Shown: in pieces, positions 61,824 to 64,000 of the stretch | Layout of the letters: each line of letters begins with the position of its first letter | Numbering within the stretch: position 1 is the first letter of the stretch | Assembly (NCBI GenBank): GCA_040767965.1 | Contig: JAXGNR010000004.1 | Location: forward strand, 96,001 to 160,000 | Reading direction: 5' to 3' | Source: Atribacterota bacterium | Lineage (GTDB): Bacteria > Atribacterota > Phoenicimicrobiia > Phoenicimicrobiales > Stramentimicrobiaceae | DNA length: 64,000 nt | Made by a program: the position numbers and the translations under genes | Notes under the pieces: model-generated | Seen by the model: the letters and a program-made list of their open reading frames with translations, nothing else | Databases searched by the model: none | Told to the model about the DNA's origin: nothing

Positions 61824-64000
61824 ATGATTAAAACAGTTCAATTATTTAATGAAAATATAGAATTTAAGCAATTTTTGCAGGATTTTAACAAAAGAGTTGA
61901 AAAAAAATATTTGATTACCGGTTTACATGGTAGTTCAGTTTCATTCTTTATTTCTTCTTTATTAGATAATGAAATACATCCTTCTTCTAAATTACTTCTT
62001 TTCTCCAGCCAGGAAGAGGCATTACATTTTTATCAGGACCTGATTGAGCTGAATGGTAAATCAGAAAATAGAAAAATATTATTTTTTCCTTCATTTGAAG
62101 TAAGACCTTATGAAGATAATACAAAAGATACCAGGATTTTAGAACAAAGGATTAAAGTTTTAGCTGCCCTGAGCCAGTCATTAGAAAATAATTTTCAGCA
62201 AAAAGAGGCATTTTTTTCTCAAGATATTGTTATCAGTACTTATAAAGCAGTTTTACCAAAAATAATGACTGTAAATGATTTTAAAAAACTTAATTATGTA
62301 TTAAAAGTAACAGACAAAATAAAAATAGAAGACATACAAAAACACTTAATCAATCAAGGTTTTGAATCAACTTATATGATTGACTATCAGGGTCAGTTCA
62401 GTATAAGAGGTGGAATTATAGATTTTTTTCCTTTCACCGAAGAGGACCCTATCAGGATTGAATTAAATGAGGATGAGATTGAATCAATTCGTTTTTTTGA
62501 CTTAGCCACCCAGCGTTCCTTAAAAAAAGTAAGCGAGATTTCACTGCAGCCACAAAGAGAGTTAGGGGAATATAAAGATAAGGATGAAATGGAACATAGT
62601 TCCATTTTTGATTATCTTTCTGTTGATAGCGATATTATTATTTACAAATATTCTGAATTTGAAAATAGAATTGAAGAATACATAAAAGAAATAGAACAAT
62701 GCTATAATGCTAAAAAAGAAGAAAGCTTGAAATTCCTCTTTCCTCCTGCTCATTATTATCTTGATTACAAACAACTTAAAGATTTAATTAAACAAAAAAG
62801 CCATCTTGTTGTTTTAGATGAACAAAAAACACCAAAAAATATTAAAGAAAATAAATTTAAAGAATATGCAATAAATACCCAACCAACAAGAAGTTATTTT
62901 GGGCAGTTGGATCTGTTTTTTGAAGATCTTAAAAATTGGCAAAAAGAAAATAAAACAATTATGATAATAGCTCAAAATAAAGGCAGAGCTGTTCGAATGG
63001 CAGAAATTTTTGAAGATCGAGCTATTAAACAGTATCAATTATTGTCATTGGAAAAAGCAGAATGTGCATCAGATTTTATATGTCTCAGTTACGGAAAGAT
63101 AAATTATGGTTTTTCTATACCGGATATGCAGTTTTTATTACTTACTGATCAGGAGATTTTCGGTAGAGAAAGAGACAGGTCTTATCGGAACAAAAGATAT
63201 CAGGGGAAGCCTTTATATCAGGTAGATGAATTGAAAAAAGGTGATTTTTTGGTTCATATACACCATGGCATTGGCCGCTATGTGGGAATTCGATCAAGAA
63301 AAACTGATGGCATACAAAGCGACTATCTTTTAATAAAATATGCAGCCGATGATGAGTTGTATGTACCTGTTGATCAACTGAATTTAGTCCATAAATATAT
63401 CGGTGCAGGTGATCAGTCTCCTAAACTTTATCGTTTAGGCGGAAGTACCTGGGATCGGGTTAAAAGAAAAGTAAAGGATTCTATCCAAAAGACCGCCAGA
63501 GAATTGTTTGAGCTATATCAGAATAGAAAAAACATTCAAGGATATTCTTTTTCTTCTGATTCGGTCTGGCAGCAAGAATTGGAAATGGCTTTTCCTTTTG
63601 AAGAAACTCCTGATCAGAATAAAGCATGGAGTGATGTTAAAAAGGACATGGAATCCGTTCAGCCAATGGAAAGGCTGATTTGCGGGGATGTGGGCTATGG
63701 AAAGACAGAGATAGCAATTAGAGCAGCCTTTAAGGCAGTAATGGATAATAAACAAGTTGCCGTGCTTACTCCTACTACTATTCTAACACAACAGCACTGG
63801 GAAAATTTTAGTGAAAGGATGAAGTCTTTTCCGGTAAAAATAGAAATGCTTTCGCGATTTAAGTCAAAAAAAGAACAGCAAAAAATAATTACTGATTTAA
63901 AAAAAGGAAAGATAGATATAGTAATAGGAACACATCGACTAGTTCAGGAAGACATTGTTTTTCATGATTTAGGATTATTGATAATTGATGAGGAGCAAAG
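61824..64000 (+). CDS. mfd: Transcription-repair coupling factor (runs off the window; absent from the ORF track)
   Basis: Translated by hand: FSIRGGIIDFF, VHIHHGIGRY, FEETPDQ, PMERLICGDVGYGKTEIAIRAAFKA, IIDEEQ. Confidence 0.95.
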   Translation, partial: MIKTVQLFNENIEFKQFLQDFNKRVEKKYLITGLHGSSVSFFISSLLDNEIHPSSKLLLFSSQEEALHFYQDLIELNGKSENRKILFFPSFEVRPYEDNTKDTRILEQRIKVLAALSQSLENNFQQKEAFFSQDIVISTYKAVLPKIMTVNDFKKLNYVLKVTDKIKIEDIQKHLINQGFESTYMIDYQGQFSIRGGIIDFFPFTEEDPIRIELNEDEIESIRFFDLATQRSLKKVSEISLQPQRELGEYKDKDEMEHSSIFDYLSVDSDIIIYKYSEFENRIEEYIKEIEQCYNAKKEESLKFLFPPAHYYLDYKQLKDLIKQKSHLVVLDEQKTPKNIKENKFKEYAINTQPTRSYFGQLDLFFEDLKNWQKENKTIMIIAQNKGRAVRMAEIFEDRAIKQYQLLSLEKAECASDFICLSYGKINYGFSIPDMQFLLLTDQEIFGRERDRSYRNKRYQGKPLYQVDELKKGDFLVHIHHGIGRYVGIRSRKTDGIQSDYLLIKYAADDELYVPVDQLNLVHKYIGAGDQSPKLYRLGGSTWDRVKRKVKDSIQKTARELFELYQNRKNIQGYSFSSDSVWQQELEMAFPFEETPDQNKAWSDVKKDMESVQPMERLICGDVGYGKTEIAIRAAFKAVMDNKQVAVLTPTTILTQQHWENFSERMKSFPVKIEMLSRFKSKKEQQKIITDLKKGKIDIVIGTHRLVQEDIVFHDLGLLIIDEEQ

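Noticed and set aside
1-64000. CRISPR array, transposase, integrase or prophage
   Set aside because: No regularly spaced direct repeats and no ORF with such motifs were seen.

Overview
AT-rich bacterial chromosomal window, mostly housekeeping and metabolic genes. I saw no CRISPR array, rRNA, transposase or prophage. It has Terrabacteria-type regulation (GAAC-N4-GTTY LexA box, T-box riboswitch, spoVG-glmU-prs-ctc-pth-mfd synteny) together with a probable outer-membrane beta-barrel gene, which suggests an anaerobic diderm such as Atribacterota; this is an unverified inference. In order: lexA-DUF72 operon; pgi; marR-hsp20 (hsp20 interrupted by an in-frame TGA); transporters and redox genes; a nif3-udg / polX repair pair; a 13-kb organic/sugar-acid catabolic cluster (three unrelated aldolase folds, two dehydrogenases, a LarA-family epimerase, TTT and TRAP transporters); a Leu T-box-controlled ilvBN-leuACDB operon; ilvD; a bacterial homologue of archaeal GAPOR; an orphan restriction-endonuclease-like protein; queH; then spoVG, tRNA-Gln, glmU, prs, rplY, pth, pfkA and a partial mfd. 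The best leads are the GAPOR homologue, the acid-catabolism cluster, a Gln-rich leader/sRNA upstream of spoVG-tRNA-Gln, and orphan SD+hairpin motifs upstream of both solute-binding-protein genes. All assignments come from motif recognition by eye, not database searches.
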